From Octopus bimaculoides (taxonomy: Eukaryota), in assembly GCF_001194135.2 (NCBI RefSeq), contig NC_068989.1, forward strand, positions 22,881,838-22,945,828: DNA of 63,991 nucleotides. Reading direction: 5' to 3'. Positions 12,063 through 24,557 of this stretch are shown here, one piece after another (position 1 is the first letter of the stretch; every line of letters begins with the position of its first letter). Position numbers and translations under genes: made by a program. Below the pieces are notes generated by a model. That model was not told the origin of the DNA and searched no databases. It was given only the letters and a program-made list of their open reading frames with translations.

Positions 12063-12570
12063 AAGAGAGAGAGAGAAAGAGAAAGAGAGAGAGCGAGAGT
12101 TTTTTTTTTGTTGCTTTTGCAGACGCCCTTGACTCTGTCACCATCCAATTCCATTATTATGAATTTAAATCGAGAGCTAGAGTCATAGTGAATCTTTCAT
12201 TAGCTAATTACACAACTATGGATGTCACCCTTATGGATGCATTGCAGTTATTCTTTTGATAGAGCTTCATGATCCTGACCGTTGATCTTCAAGAATTTCT
12301 CCACTCAGCATCAATGCAAGAATTACCTTTGGCTCAGTTGAGCTCTTCTGCTACTTCTTCACAATCTGCCATGGTGCAGTCCCATGACTTTACTGTATCC
12401 CTGGCAGGGTATCTGATTGGGTGCTATGCTTTGCCAAAGGGCAGCCCGTAACTATGCAGGGCACAGTTATCACCCTGTGAAGTATTTTCAAAATACCCAC
12501 AGGCCCCATGTATTCAAAAACTAAAACAAGAGAAAAATAAAATGGAACACTGAAAAATAAGAAAATTTAC

Positions 12571-12689
12571 CCTTCTTCTTCTCCTAGCACCTCATTGAAA
12601 ATGTTAAGATGATCTCGAACATAGACACAACTTGAGAGAGTCACCAACAAAAACTTGGCCGCAGCTTTCTTAGGTATATCTTGACTGAT
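12571..12689 (-). CDS. KIAA0825: KIAA0825 exon H (119 nt, phase 0 to 2): ISQDIPKKAAAKFLLVTLSSCVYVRDHL...GEEE
   Basis: Acceptor ctctttatttacag, donor gtaaat; only one frame is open; below the ORF-track length cut-off. Confidence 0.86.
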
Positions 12690-13422
12690 CTGTAAATAAA
12701 GAGAGAGGAAATGACACAACAGACCCTTAGACCTAGTTCCTCTGAACTATGACTGTCCGCTGTCTAGTGGAGTTTAAAATCAACCTGTAGCTATTTTTAG
12801 AACAGTATTCAAGACATACTAAAATTCAATAGGAATTAAACCCTCCATCCATGAAGATGTATGAAGAAATAGCAACAGTTACCATAACAACAGTTACCAT
12901 AACAACAGTCCCATCACTTTTTGATCAGACCTCATATATACATATGCAAAAGGGTAAAGACCTCCTTCGGTCATAAATGACCATGGGATTTCACCTAGTA
13001 AGTTATGTTCCAAGGCACAAATCTGGGCAAGGTTGTTTATGGAAGGCCAGCAGTCGTCCATGCATACCAGCCTCCCCTCATCACACCACCAATGTTATCC
13101 AAATAAAAGGCAAAGGCCGATGCAGCTTGGCACCAGTGACATCACAATTCATTTCTACAGCTGAAATAAAGTGTCTTGCTCAAGAACACAGCACACAGCC
13201 CAGTCCAGAAATCGAACTCACTACCTCGTTATTGTGAGCCCAATGTGTTGAACACTGAGCTATGTGCCTTCAGATATATAAATACATATGCATGTACATA
13301 GATGTTTGCAAAGACATACAAACAAAAGTAAATCTCCACAAAAACATTAGCCACTACCCTAATGAATTCTAGATGTTGGTGAGACTTGAAATAGAACCCT
13401 TCAAAGACATGATTATCTGAGA

Positions 13423-14751
13423 TAGTGGTTCTCAACTAGGGTCCACATGGCCCTTAGGGGTCATTGTAAGATTTTTCTGTTAAAATTTATGTACAGTATA
13501 AATTAGTTGGGCAAAATTTAGAGAGCTCTTACCCCTGCTGGCAACAAAGGGACTCTCACTCAGAGTAAAAGGCAGACTGTATGACGCATGCGTACGAACA
13601 GCCATGCTGCATGGCAGTGAAACATGGGCTGTAACTGCTGAGGACATACGTAAGCTCACAAGGAATGAAGCCAGTATGCTCCGTTGGATGTGTAATGTCA
13701 ATGTGAATACCCGTCAGNNNNNNNNNNNNNNNNNNNNNNNNNNNNNNNNNNNNNNNNNNNNNNNNNNNNNNNNNNNNNNNNNNNNNNNNNNNNNNNNNNN
13801 NNNNNNNNNNNNNNNNNNNNNNNNNNNNNNNNNNNNNNNNNNNNNNNNNNNNNNNNNNNNNNNNNNNNNNNNNNNNNNNNNNNNNNNNNNNNNNNNNNNN
13901 NNNNNNNNNNNNNNNNNNNNNNNNNNNNNNNNNNNNNNNNNNNNNNNNNNNNNNNNNNNNNNNNNNNNNNNNNNNNNNNNNNNNNNNNNNNNNNNNNNNN
14001 NNNNNNNNNNNNNNNNNNNNNNNNNNNNNNNNNNNNNNNNNNNNNNNNNNNNNNNNNNNNNNNNNNNNNNNNNNNNNNNNNNNNNNNNNNNNNNNNNNNN
14101 NNNNNNNNNNNNNNNNNNNNNNNNNNNNNNNNNNNNNNNNNNNNNNNNNNNNNNNNNNNNNNNNNNNNNNNNNNNNNNNNNNNNNNNNNNNNNNNNNNNN
14201 NNNNNNNNNNNNNNNNNNNNNNNNNNNNNNNNNNNNNNNNNNNNNNNNNNNNNNNNNNNNNNNNNNNNNNNNNNNNNNNNNNNNNNNNNNNNNNNNNNNN
14301 NNNNNNNNNNNNNNNNNNNNNNNNNNNNNNNNNNNNNNNNNNNNNNNNNNNNNNNNNNNNNNNNNNNNNNNNNNNNNNNNNNGCCGTTTTCGTGCGGGTG
14401 ACACGTAAAAGCACCCACTACACTCTCTGAGTGGTTGGCGTTAGGAAGGGCATCCAGCTGTAGAAACTCTGCCAAATTAGATTGGAGCCTGGTGTTGCCA
14501 TCCGGTTTCACCAGTCCTCAGTCAAAGCGTCCAACCCATGCTAGCATGGAAAGCGGACATTAAACGATGATGATGATGATGATGACTCCAAGACAAAATA
14601 TTTTAACAATTTTTTAATACAATTCCTAATAGCATCTAACTATAAAAATATAATGGGACTTTTTTAAGCATCAAATGTTTATTAGGGTCCAGTAGAGTAA
14701 AATAGAAATCAAAAGGGTCCATAGGGGCAAAAAAATGGTTGGGAAGCACTG
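13423..14751. mobile_element. hAT/Charlie-type MITE interrupted by an RTE fragment
   Basis: TIRs tagtggttctcaac / ggttgggaagcactg; imperfect 8-bp TSD atctgaga / atctaaaa (NTCTAGAN-like). Confidence 0.6.
13505..14585 (+). mobile_element. 5'-truncated RTE LINE (ORF end, gap, 3' tail)
   Basis: KFRELLPLLATKGLSLRVKGRLYDACVRTAMLHGSETW; ends in (GAT)n. Confidence 0.85.
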
Positions 14752-14803
14752 ATCTAAAACATCGGATAACAGAGAAAAGAAGAATCAAAAAGGGATAACT
14801 CAC

Positions 14804-14947
14804 TGCAAGATAATGACCATGGATATTGCTGAAGAGTTGGTTGGCAGAATGGACAAATGCTGATTTAACTGGATGTAATATTCCACCATTACCAGCTTTG
14901 GCAAATGGCAGCAACATGTACAAATCTTCAATCACTTCATAAACACA
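14804..14947 (-). CDS. KIAA0825: KIAA0825 exon G (144 nt, phase 0 to 0): CVYEVIEDLYMLLPFAKAG...HGHYLA
   Basis: Acceptor ttttatgtttccag, donor gtgagt; open frame. Confidence 0.88.
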
Positions 14948-16281
14948 CTGGAAACATAAAAAGGAAACAAAACATAGAAGGAAGCAACATGGAGATTTCT
15001 AAATGAAAGTTAATGCAGATGATGATGATAGTGATGATGATGATAATTATCTTCATTCACATCATTCTTCATCTGTGAAACTCCCAAAATACACAAGTCT
15101 AATTCACGACTATTTCTCATATCTTTCTTATTCTTCTCTCATGAGTAGTTAACTATAAAAAAATTTAATTTTGGATGATTGAAGACTAAATTCCTCCCCC
15201 ACCCCCACTGACCTAGTTTATAGTTGAATAGTTAACAATGAACCATCTGTTAAAGCAACTATTTCAGAAAAAAGGGAGCAAAAAAAATTTTTTTTTTTCA
15301 CCAATCCATGGAAAAATGGATTTAAATACCAAATACAGGTATGGCAAAAAAAAAAACATCCCAGATTCACCATTTTTCATTTTACAACAGCAAACATATG
15401 GTGTTCAACAGTTCAAACAATGATGGTAACAGAAAAAAAAAATGGAAAAACTTTAGCTACATGAAGACAACATTATCATCTGTCTAAATTCACTAGCCAT
15501 GAAATATATGGGTGATTTTTCTGCCACAGCTATACATTTATGTGAGAACACATTTTCATATTTTATACAGTAGTGTTGAAACCTTTAGCATTCAGATTAC
15601 TCTATCAAATGTAAAGCTTATTTATTCACATTGTTTTGAATTAATTATGCATTATCTCATAGCTTTGATATTTCAATAACATGATTTTTTAGATTGACAG
15701 TGTGTGGTTGGCCTAGTTCTGTTCAGATTATTAATCTCAAAGCAGCACCTAAAAGTCCTCACGAAAAAAGCAAAAGTAAAATATAATATAATCTTTATGC
15801 TTTGTTGAAAATATTCATTGCATAAAATATTATGGGGATAAAAATAACACTCCATATAATTTTTTTTTTTTTTTTGTCATTGGCCAGTCAGTGTTATTTC
15901 CTATTTGTTTCTATCAAGAAATCAAAGGAAATGACAACTATTCTCTTCCAGCTTTGCTTTTGTGATCTGGACATCAATGTTTTGAAATTAACTTCTTTTC
16001 CATTACATTTCAAACAGATTCAGTACTGAGTTGCTGAAGCAGAAATATCGTTATAGCAAATATGCTGTTCAATGACAGATTTGCTTGTCAATTGCTTGAC
16101 CTTAACCACTTGAGCATGTCCCTTAGTGGCTGACAATATGTGCATCTCTGATCATGACCTGAAGTAGTGGGGGAGATCTGACTTGAGCCTCATCTTGGTC
16201 AATTTAAATGTAAAAAGGGTTAAAAGGGAGAAGGAAAAATTAACCAAAGATAAAAATAATGACGTTTAAAATCTCACTTAC

Positions 16282-16514
16282 TTTCGATACGACTCTAGGA
16301 TAGTGATCAATGCATCCAGCCAAGACATCATGAGGTAGTTGGACAACTTCCATTGAGTAAGCAATCTCCCAGTCTTTCTGTTCTTTCTCAAGGCTAGAGC
16401 TAGCATTTGACCATACCACTTGCTCAACACATTGCACTAAATCAGGACTAATCAGTTTAAAAACTAGCTTCCATTCCCAAACAGGTTTTTCTTCCAGTTT
16501 GGATTTCTCAACAA
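16282..16514 (-). CDS. KIAA0825: KIAA0825 exon F (233 nt, phase 1 to 0): (I)VEKSKLEEKPVWEWKLVFK...HYPRVVSK
   Basis: Acceptor aattttttcag, donor gtaagt; WKLVFK resembles recalled human WRSAFK. Confidence 0.88.
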
Positions 16515-16936
16515 CTGAAAAAAATTAAATAGTCATCTTGGTAACATTGGCGTACCACTTCAATGTATTTACCCACAGGGACACACACATGACATCATCA
16601 TCATCATCATCATCATCGTCGTCGTCATCATTTCAGCATCCACTTTTCCATACTTGCAAGAATCAGATGAAAGTAATTGAGAGATTATAGTAGAAACCAC
16701 TTGCCCAAAGTACCATGCAATGGGACAGAACCTAAAACCAAGTGGTTCGGCATCCCAGGGGCCATTATGTTATAAATTTTCATAATAAAAAAGTTTATCT
16801 AGAGAAAGACAAAGGATCTCTCTTCAATCATGATTCAAAACCATAGCTTTTGGTTCAAACTTTAACAGATGCAGCATTTTGTTCAATTAATGGAATGTCT
16901 ACACTCAAGTGAACAAAACTCATTTAACTCTTTCAA

Positions 16937-17271
16937 AGGTGTAAGTGTAGCTGTGTGGTTAAGAAGCTTGCTTCCCAATCATGTGGTCACTGATTCAGTC
17001 CCACTATGCAGCATCTAGGGCAACTGTCTTTTACTATAGCCCTGGGCAAGTCATGGCATGAAAACGATGGTTGTAAACAAGTGTTGTTTGTCTCCAGTCT
17101 CCCATGGAAAACATGCCTGGCCATGAGGAAATATTTACCTTACTTGGAAATAGATTAGGATTGGTGACAGGAAGGGTGTCCAACCATAGAAAATATGCCT
17201 CAAATTCTGTCTGACCCAGGCAAGCATGGAAAAGTGTAGAGTAAATGATGATGATGATGATGATGATGATG
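16937..17271 (+). mobile_element. SINE family A2, internally deleted
   Basis: A-type head plus RTE-type tail ending (ATG)n. Confidence 0.65.
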
Positions 17272-18019
17272 ATACCAACACATCCAAGACTGTCCCTGGT
17301 TGCATGACAGACTTTATGTTTTTAAGTGACCTAAATTAAAACCTTCCATCAAAATTCCATGTTAATTTATGTTCCAAATCCCAATATAATAATGACAAAA
17401 TTATCTTAACAAAAGTAATGTCCTTCATCAGAAATAGAGTAACAAAAGACTTAAAATCATCTAATCTAAAATCTTCCATCAAAATTTCATATTAATTTAT
17501 GTTCTAATCACCAACTTAATAATGACAAAAATATTTTACTGAATTCTTTGTTGCTTCCAAAATTAATTGAAAGAAAGGTAATGTATTTCAACAGAAAAAT
17601 GGTAACAAAAGGGTCAACAAATAAACATCCATACTATACATGGCTTGTCATCAGGTGGGCCACAATGATTACAGGTAAATTTACTGCCATCAATTCACCA
17701 CAGAGAAAATTCACCACCATCAATTCACCATGAAGGAAGTTCACTGTGAGGAAAGTTTACCAAGAAAATATATCCGTAATATCTCACTAGTAATAGTTAA
17801 AAACTATTTTATTGAAAGAAAAATGGTAAATTGATAACGGTGAACTTACCGAACATGAGCCACAATACAAAACATTCAAGGTAATTTTGTGTTAGGTGTG
17901 CCACTGTCCTGCGAACCACATATGGCTCAAAGGCTGCAGTTTGCCCATGACTGCTATAAACTTTTAACATAATACCAGTTGATATATTAAAAATCTTTAT
18001 AGTCATTATTGTTGTTCAA

Positions 18020-18239
18020 CACTTTAGCATTAAGGTTTCTCTCTCAAATGTATTGCTTATTTATTCACATTTTCAATTAGGCGCAGGAGTGGCTGTATGG
18101 TAAGTAGCTTGCTTACCACCCACATAGTTCTGGGTTCAGTCCCACTGCGTGGCACCTTGGGCAAGTGTCTTCTACTATAGCCTCGTGCCGACCAAAGCTG
18201 TGAGTGGATTTGGTAGACAGAAACTGAAAGAAGCCCGTC

Positions 18240-18273
<34 letters not shown>

Positions 18274-18848
18274 NNNNNNNNNNNNNNNNNNNNNNNNNNN
18301 NNNNNNNNNNNNNNNNNNNNNNNNNNNNNNNNNNNNNNNNNNNNNNNNNNNNNNNNNNNNNNNNNNNNNNNNNNNNNNNNNNNNNNNNNNNNNNNNNNNN
18401 NNNNNNNNNNNNNNNNNNNNNNNNNNNNNNNNNNNNNNNNNNNNNNNNNNNNNNNNNNTATGTGTGTATGTATGCATGTGTGTGTATATGTTTGTGTGTC
18501 TGTGTTTGTCCCCTCAGCATCGCTTGACAACCGATGGTGGTGTGTTTACGTCCCCGTAACTTAGCGGTTCGGCAAAAGAGACCGATAGAATAAGTACTAG
18601 GCTTACAAAGAATAAGTCCTGGGGTCGATTTGCTCGACTAAAAGTGGTGCTCCAGCATGGCTGCAGTCAAATGACTGAAACAAGTAAAAGAGTAAAAGAG
18701 TAATCATGCATTATTTTGTAGCTTCAAGATTTCAATGGCGTGCTTGTATACTTTTAGAATGACATTATAGGGTAGGTGTGAGAGGCTGGATCTGATCAGG
18801 TAGAATATCTGGGGCTGGATATGGCCAGATTAAATGCTAAAGAGTTAA
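18020..18848. mobile_element. TTAA-type MITE split by a SINE A1 insertion
   Basis: Left half ends attcacattttcaatta; right half resumes atcatgcattat and ends aatgctaaagagttaa. Confidence 0.6.
18079..18700 (+). mobile_element. SINE family A1 (tRNA/CORE-like head, internal (TG)n, CR1-type tail)
   Basis: ggcgcaggagtggctgtatggtaag...ggcaccttgggcaagtgtc...gtgctccagcatggctgcagtcaaatgactgaaacaagtaaaagag. Confidence 0.85.
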
Positions 18849-20589
18849 GTCCTATGTCAGCACTGGTACACCAGACGGATGATCAAGCAAGCCAACAAAA
18901 AATGCTTCTGTGTGATTACTTAACATGTTAAACATACCAACTAAGTTCTCTCTCAAATCATGCTTTGCTGCAATAGAAATGGACATATTTCAGTTCCATG
19001 GACGTTATGAGAAAAAGAAAATCAGGATGGTCATGGCTGGAAGAATCAGATGGGGAAAGATAAGGTGTGTTAAAGAAACAGAGAAGCTTTAAAGGAGGGA
19101 GGGGGTAGTAAGAGAAAATAAGGCAAGGAATGCAAGGAGAAAGAAAACGAGTAGTGTGTGAATGCTGCAAAAGCATCCTAGATGGGAAGGTCGTGTAGAA
19201 GATGGATGTTAAATCAGAACTGAGTGGAACTATTTAATAACCTTAACATTCAAAAGCAGGATTGGGTACTTTAAATGAGAGTAATAGTTTGCTTTGAGAA
19301 ATAGAAAATATCATCATAATCATTATTTAACGTCCATATTTTATGATGATATGGGCTGGACAATTTGACAAGATCCAAAGGGTCTGAAGGTTGCATCAAG
19401 TTCCAATGTTTACTTTGGAATGGCCACTTTAGTTGGATGCCCTTCTTAATGTCAACCATATTACAGCATATTCTGGGCACTTTTTCATAGAACCAGCACT
19501 TGGGCGATTTTTGTGTTTGGCTGCCACTTTTCAATTTCTGTTCCAATTGAATTCATATTTGGTGTAATGATGTAGTTTTGTAGGCTAATCATTGACATGA
19601 AATTTATTTTCACCATAAATCAATAAATAAAAAGTTAATAGCTTTTAAAATCTGAAAATTTGGGTTCATTTTAGCCAATTGTAAGCCACAGACACATTCA
19701 TGCCTGTTTCTGTAGTAACAAGCCAAGCTGTTACCAACTTGCTTATTCATGTGGTCATTTTTCACTTATTAAATGGTGGTTGTGAGATGTGCTAAAAATA
19801 ATAGCTAAAAAGGCCTTAAATCATGCACCAAAAAATTGGGGGGGGCGTAATTGTATGAATTCCTGTGCATAGAATACAAATTCGCAAAAAATTACAGAAA
19901 ATTCCAAAAAAATGAAAAACTTACGAGGAGTTATATGACGTGCGTAAAGCGGAATTCCAAAAATATCTCATTTGCTTACAGTTGACAACACGGGCTGTCA
20001 TGCACAAAATGACAGCTTCCAAATCCAGTTTACTGAATGGGTAAAAATTATCTAACTTTAAACCTCTGGAACTTTTTTTAAAAATTTCTCTGGAAAAAGT
20101 TAAATATTCCCCACGATTCAGCATGGAAAATTACATCAATACACCAAATTTTTAAATTTTCACTAAACTCTGAAATTTCCACAGGTGCAGCCAAACAGAA
20201 AAGATCCCTTGTGAGATCAACAAGTAACTCGCAACACTAAGGTCCCCTTTGTCTAAGTGGGTCTACAGTAGGAAGGGAGATAGCTTTACGCTAGGAGGTT
20301 AAGTTATGAAAGAAGGGGTCAGAAGAAGGGTTAAGTATGAAAGAAGGGGTCAGAACAAAACAGCTTCTGGAGGGGAAGGGTAGAAGTTGCATTAATATAG
20401 GAGAGTGAGAGATGAATATTAAGTGTTGAAGGATGATAAGCAGGGAAGGTAGAGAAGAGTGAAGGGTAGGCAACAGCAGTAGAAACTGGGTAAAGTTAAG
20501 TGTAGGGATGGGTTGAAGACTGACTAATGATACACAAATTGTGGAAAGGTAGGGGAGATGAGATGACTCACTGTGCAAAAAACTAAAAG

Positions 20590-20790
20590 TAATTATTGAT
20601 TTCAAATTTTAGCACAAGGGTAGAAATTTCAGGGAAGGCGTAAGTCAATTACATTGATCCCAGTGTTCAAATGGTACTTATTTTATTAATCCCAAAAGGA
20701 TGAAAGGCAACATCAACCTCAGTGGAATTTGATATCAAAACAAAAATGGAGAAATACCATGAAGCTTTTTGTCCGGCATGCTCACTACCT
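20590..20790 (-). mobile_element. SINE family D copy
   Basis: Same central motif as other D copies. Confidence 0.65.
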
Positions 20791-20954
20791 TGTGTACCAA
20801 AAGTAATTACCGATTAAAAATCAATTCTCAGAATGTGGCCTGCTTTTAACCTCTTGCTGGAATTTACAAGGTGAAGAACTAAAAGATAAACAGTGAAACT
20901 CATTCAAAATAGTTAAAACTAAAGAACAAAATTTAAAAGCAATAATTTCCTTAC

Positions 20955-21083
20955 TTTTAGGTGCAGGTCTACTGTCCAACAAAGGTCTAGGAGATGCTAC
21001 GAGAGAGGATTCAGATGTTGAACTTTCACTGCTATTGCTACCTTTACGACCAAGAAGGTCTGGACTCACAGTCTTTAAAACAC
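20955..21083 (-). CDS. KIAA0825: KIAA0825 exon E (129 nt, phase 1 to 1): (G)VLKTVSPDLLGRKGSNSSESS...PAPK, Ser-rich linker
   Basis: Acceptor ttatcttcctttag, donor gtaagg; symmetric phase fits D and F. Confidence 0.8.
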
Positions 21084-22503
21084 CTAAAGGAAGATAAAAC
21101 AAATAGAAACAGGTTTAAAATTAACATTACCATCATCATTTTTATTATCATCATCATCATTGCTAATGGTTCCAAACACTCTTGTACACAATGTCCAAAG
21201 TCTTGTAAGTGTATTACCTGGCAGATATGCAGTTACAGACATGTTTTTGTCCTACAGTGTAGAAAAACATTGAAACTCTGCATTAGAAATATAAAAATTC
21301 TGATTTTAAAACCAAACAACAATATGTATATATGGCTGTGTATATGTATATATGGTTTCAGGATCAGTCCCACTGCATGATTACCTTGGGCAAGTGTTGT
21401 ATGCAAAAGGCTCAAGCTGACCAGAAGAATGGATTTTGGTAGACAGAAACTGAGAGCTCATTGTGTTCATGCATGTGTTTGTAAATAAACAAACTTTGGA
21501 AGCATCAAATGTGTTTGGTATTTTACAAACAGGAAGGTAATTTCAAATGCAGTATAGTTGTAAGATCAGCAGAAACATTGGGTATTTACCCTTATAAGAT
21601 AGAAAAAAGTTGCCAGCAGGCAGATGTATATGTATGTGTGTGTTAGTGTATCCTTATCTTGATATAGCATGATAGTTGTAAATGAGAGACCCTGCCATAC
21701 AAGAAGTGTTCTTCACTCCCAATTTTACATGAAAACATGTCTGACCAAGGAGAAATATAACATTGCTTTGATACTGATGAGGGCTAATCATAGGTAGGCC
21801 ATCCATCCATAGAAAATCTGCTCCAGCGAATTTCATATGAACCATGCAAACATGGCAACGTGAACATTAGAATGATAATTATTTACATTTATATATATAC
21901 ACACACACATATATATATATATNNNNNNNNNNNNNNNNNNNNNNNNNNNNNNNNNNNNNNNNNNNNNNNNNNNNNNNNNNNNNNNNNNNNNNNNNNNNNN
22001 NNNNNNNNNNNNNNNNNNNNNNTACACATATCAAAAGAGCTACTAATAATTTCATGCTTTTATAATACTTTAAGTAGGCATATTTATAAAATCACCAACC
22101 AATCTTTCAGGCTCTGTTTATGCATTATATATATTCTAAAAACAAGGCTGCTTGACAATGAGAAAGTAAGAAAAAAAAGAGATGAAAACATTTGAAAATA
22201 CATGGCATATTTTATAAATATTTCTAGTTAAAGTATCATAAAAGCATGACACTACTAGTAGCTCTTTCGATATGTGTAATAAACTGATATTTATCTCTCA
22301 CAAGATGGGAGTTCTTTTTTCTTTGATTCTACCTATATTGGATCTATAAACTATATATATGAGAATGCCACACAAAGGCAATTAAAAATATATAACCATG
22401 CAAAATAATGAAGAAAAAAAAACAGATGAGGTTACTGATGGAAATGTCAATCTACTTTAGTAATAAAGTCTGAAACTGTTTTAGAAAATTGGCAATAAAT
22501 TAC

Positions 22504-23083
22504 CCCTTAAACTTCCTTTGGAACCTCGTCGTCTATTGCTGCTATTGCCACTGGTACTACTAATACCTGTACATGCCATCTTGTACAAAGAGTCCATATG
22601 TTCTTCAATATGAAAAACAGACAGAAGAATATCTTGCAAAGATTGCAAATAGTGTTTGGAAATAACAATTGATGCTTTCCGACTAGAACGCCTTGCTCCT
22701 GAGTTAAGTAGGCCCTGCTCTGCAGGACTAGCATAGCCTTTTAAAAGAGGTTTCTTGTGGTTGCCATCATAAAGAAATTCACTTGATGACTGTGCAGAGT
22801 TGCGATGCATTATGTCTTTGAGATCATCGTATATTTCTTCAATGAGAGCTGACATCTCATCAGCATATTTATCAAGATAGAGATCATGTATAGCCTTGAA
22901 AGTGCTTGATACTTTCTTGAACATTCCTGTGGAGAGGATGGCAAAGTCCTCGTCAATCATACCATTGATGAGAGCTGCCAGAATTCCACAGTTCTTTGTG
23001 ATTGCTGCCACATCGAGTTTCTCATCAGAAGACTGTGGTAGAAGACTATTGAAGTAACCCTCCAGCTGTTGAACTCTCAGCAT
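22504..23083 (-). CDS. KIAA0825: KIAA0825 exon D (580 nt, phase 0 to 1): MLRVQQLEGYFNSLL...RRGSKGSLR
   Basis: Acceptor ctgtttattctgtag, donor gtaatt; 193-codon open frame; IDEDF..L and YLD...EM motifs match recalled human IKEDFNTL and YLDTVTEEM. Confidence 0.9.
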
Positions 23084-23180
23084 CTACAGAATAAACAGAA
23101 AACCATAATAGCAATTGAGAAGAAAATAATATCAATAACAAAAAGAAAAGAAAAAACAGATCAATTTGAACAATCCTTAC

Positions 23181-23244
23181 CAGTTTGAATATCTGGTAAT
23201 GTCCAGGTTTGAGTTCCCATGTCCTGATGCTGGGAATTCATCAC
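23181..23244 (-). other. Candidate 64-nt cassette (poison) exon in intron C-D
   Basis: ctaac branch-like motif, tcttccccatctgcag acceptor and CTG|gtaagg donor; length not divisible by 3. Confidence 0.5.
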
Positions 23245-24557
23245 CTGCAGATGGGGAAGAGTTAGGGGTAATGTATAACATGTAGCAAGCATGCATTAAG
23301 GATTAAGACGAATGGTTGATCCAATCTATGTGGTTTGAATTCATTGTTGAACTATAGAGACGATATTCATATAAATCACCATCATTTTAATGTCCACTTT
23401 GCCATATTCACATAGATTGGACAGAATTTCTTGAGGCAGCTTCTTCTCTAGCCAGATGCCATTCCAGTCATTAAACCTCACCAGTTTCCAAGCAAGGTAA
23501 TATTTCCCCATGGCCAAGCATGTTTTCATGGCAGACTGTAAATGAACAACATCACTTGTACCATGGTGATGTTTGTTTACATTATATGGTGTCAAGACAG
23601 ATATATATATATATATATANNNNNNNNNNNNNNNNNNNNNNNNNNNNNNNNNNNNNNNNNNNNNNNNNNNNNNNNNNNNNNNNNNNNNNNNNNNNNNNNN
23701 NNNNNNNNNNNNNNNNNNNNNNNNNNNNNNNNNNNNNNNNNNNNNNNNNNNNNNNNNNNNNNNNNNNNNNNNNNNNNNNNNNNNNNNNNNNNNNNNNNNN
23801 NNNNNNNNNNNNNNNNNNNNNNNNNNNNNNNNNNNNNNNNNNNNNNNNNNNNNNNNNNNNNNNNNNNNNNNNNNNNNNNNNNNNNNNNNNNNNNNNNNNN
23901 NNNNNNNNNNNNNNNNNNNNNNNNNNNNNNNNNNNNNNNNNNNNNNNNNNNNNNNNNNNNNNNNNNNNNNNNNNNNNNNNNNNNNNNNNNNNNNNNNNNN
24001 NNNNNNNNNNNNNNNNNNNNNNNNNNNNNNNNNNNNNNNNNNNNNNNNNNNNNNNNNNNNNNNNNNNNNNNNNNNNNNNNNNNNNNNNNNNNNNNNNNNN
24101 NNNNNNNNNNNNNNNNNNNNNNNNNNNNNNNNNNNNNNNNNNNNNNNNNNNNNNNNNNNNNNNNNNNNNNNNNNNNNNNNNNNNNNNNNNNNNNNNNNNN
24201 NNNNNNNNNNNNNNNNNNNNNNNNNNNNNNNNNNNNNNNNNNNNNNNNNNNNNNNNNNNNNNNNNNNNNNNNNNNNNNNNNNNNNNNNNNNNNNNNNNNN
24301 NNNNNNNNNNNNNNNNNNNNNNNNNNNNNNNNNNNNNNNNNNNNNNNNNNNNNNNNNNNNNNNNNNNNNNNNNNNNNGAGAGAACCACAATCTTTGAAGT
24401 CATCTTAACTTTAATCTTTATAAAATAACCCATACTTCAGCATTTGATGGTTGATATAACCAGTGGATATATATAGATATATATATATAGATATATATAG
24501 ATATATATATAGATATATATATATAAAAGAAAAATCACAATATGTCTGTCTGTTTAC

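Noticed and set aside
12879-12908. 15-bp tandem duplication (also a similar one at 55174-55203)
   Set aside because: Ordinary slippage-scale duplications
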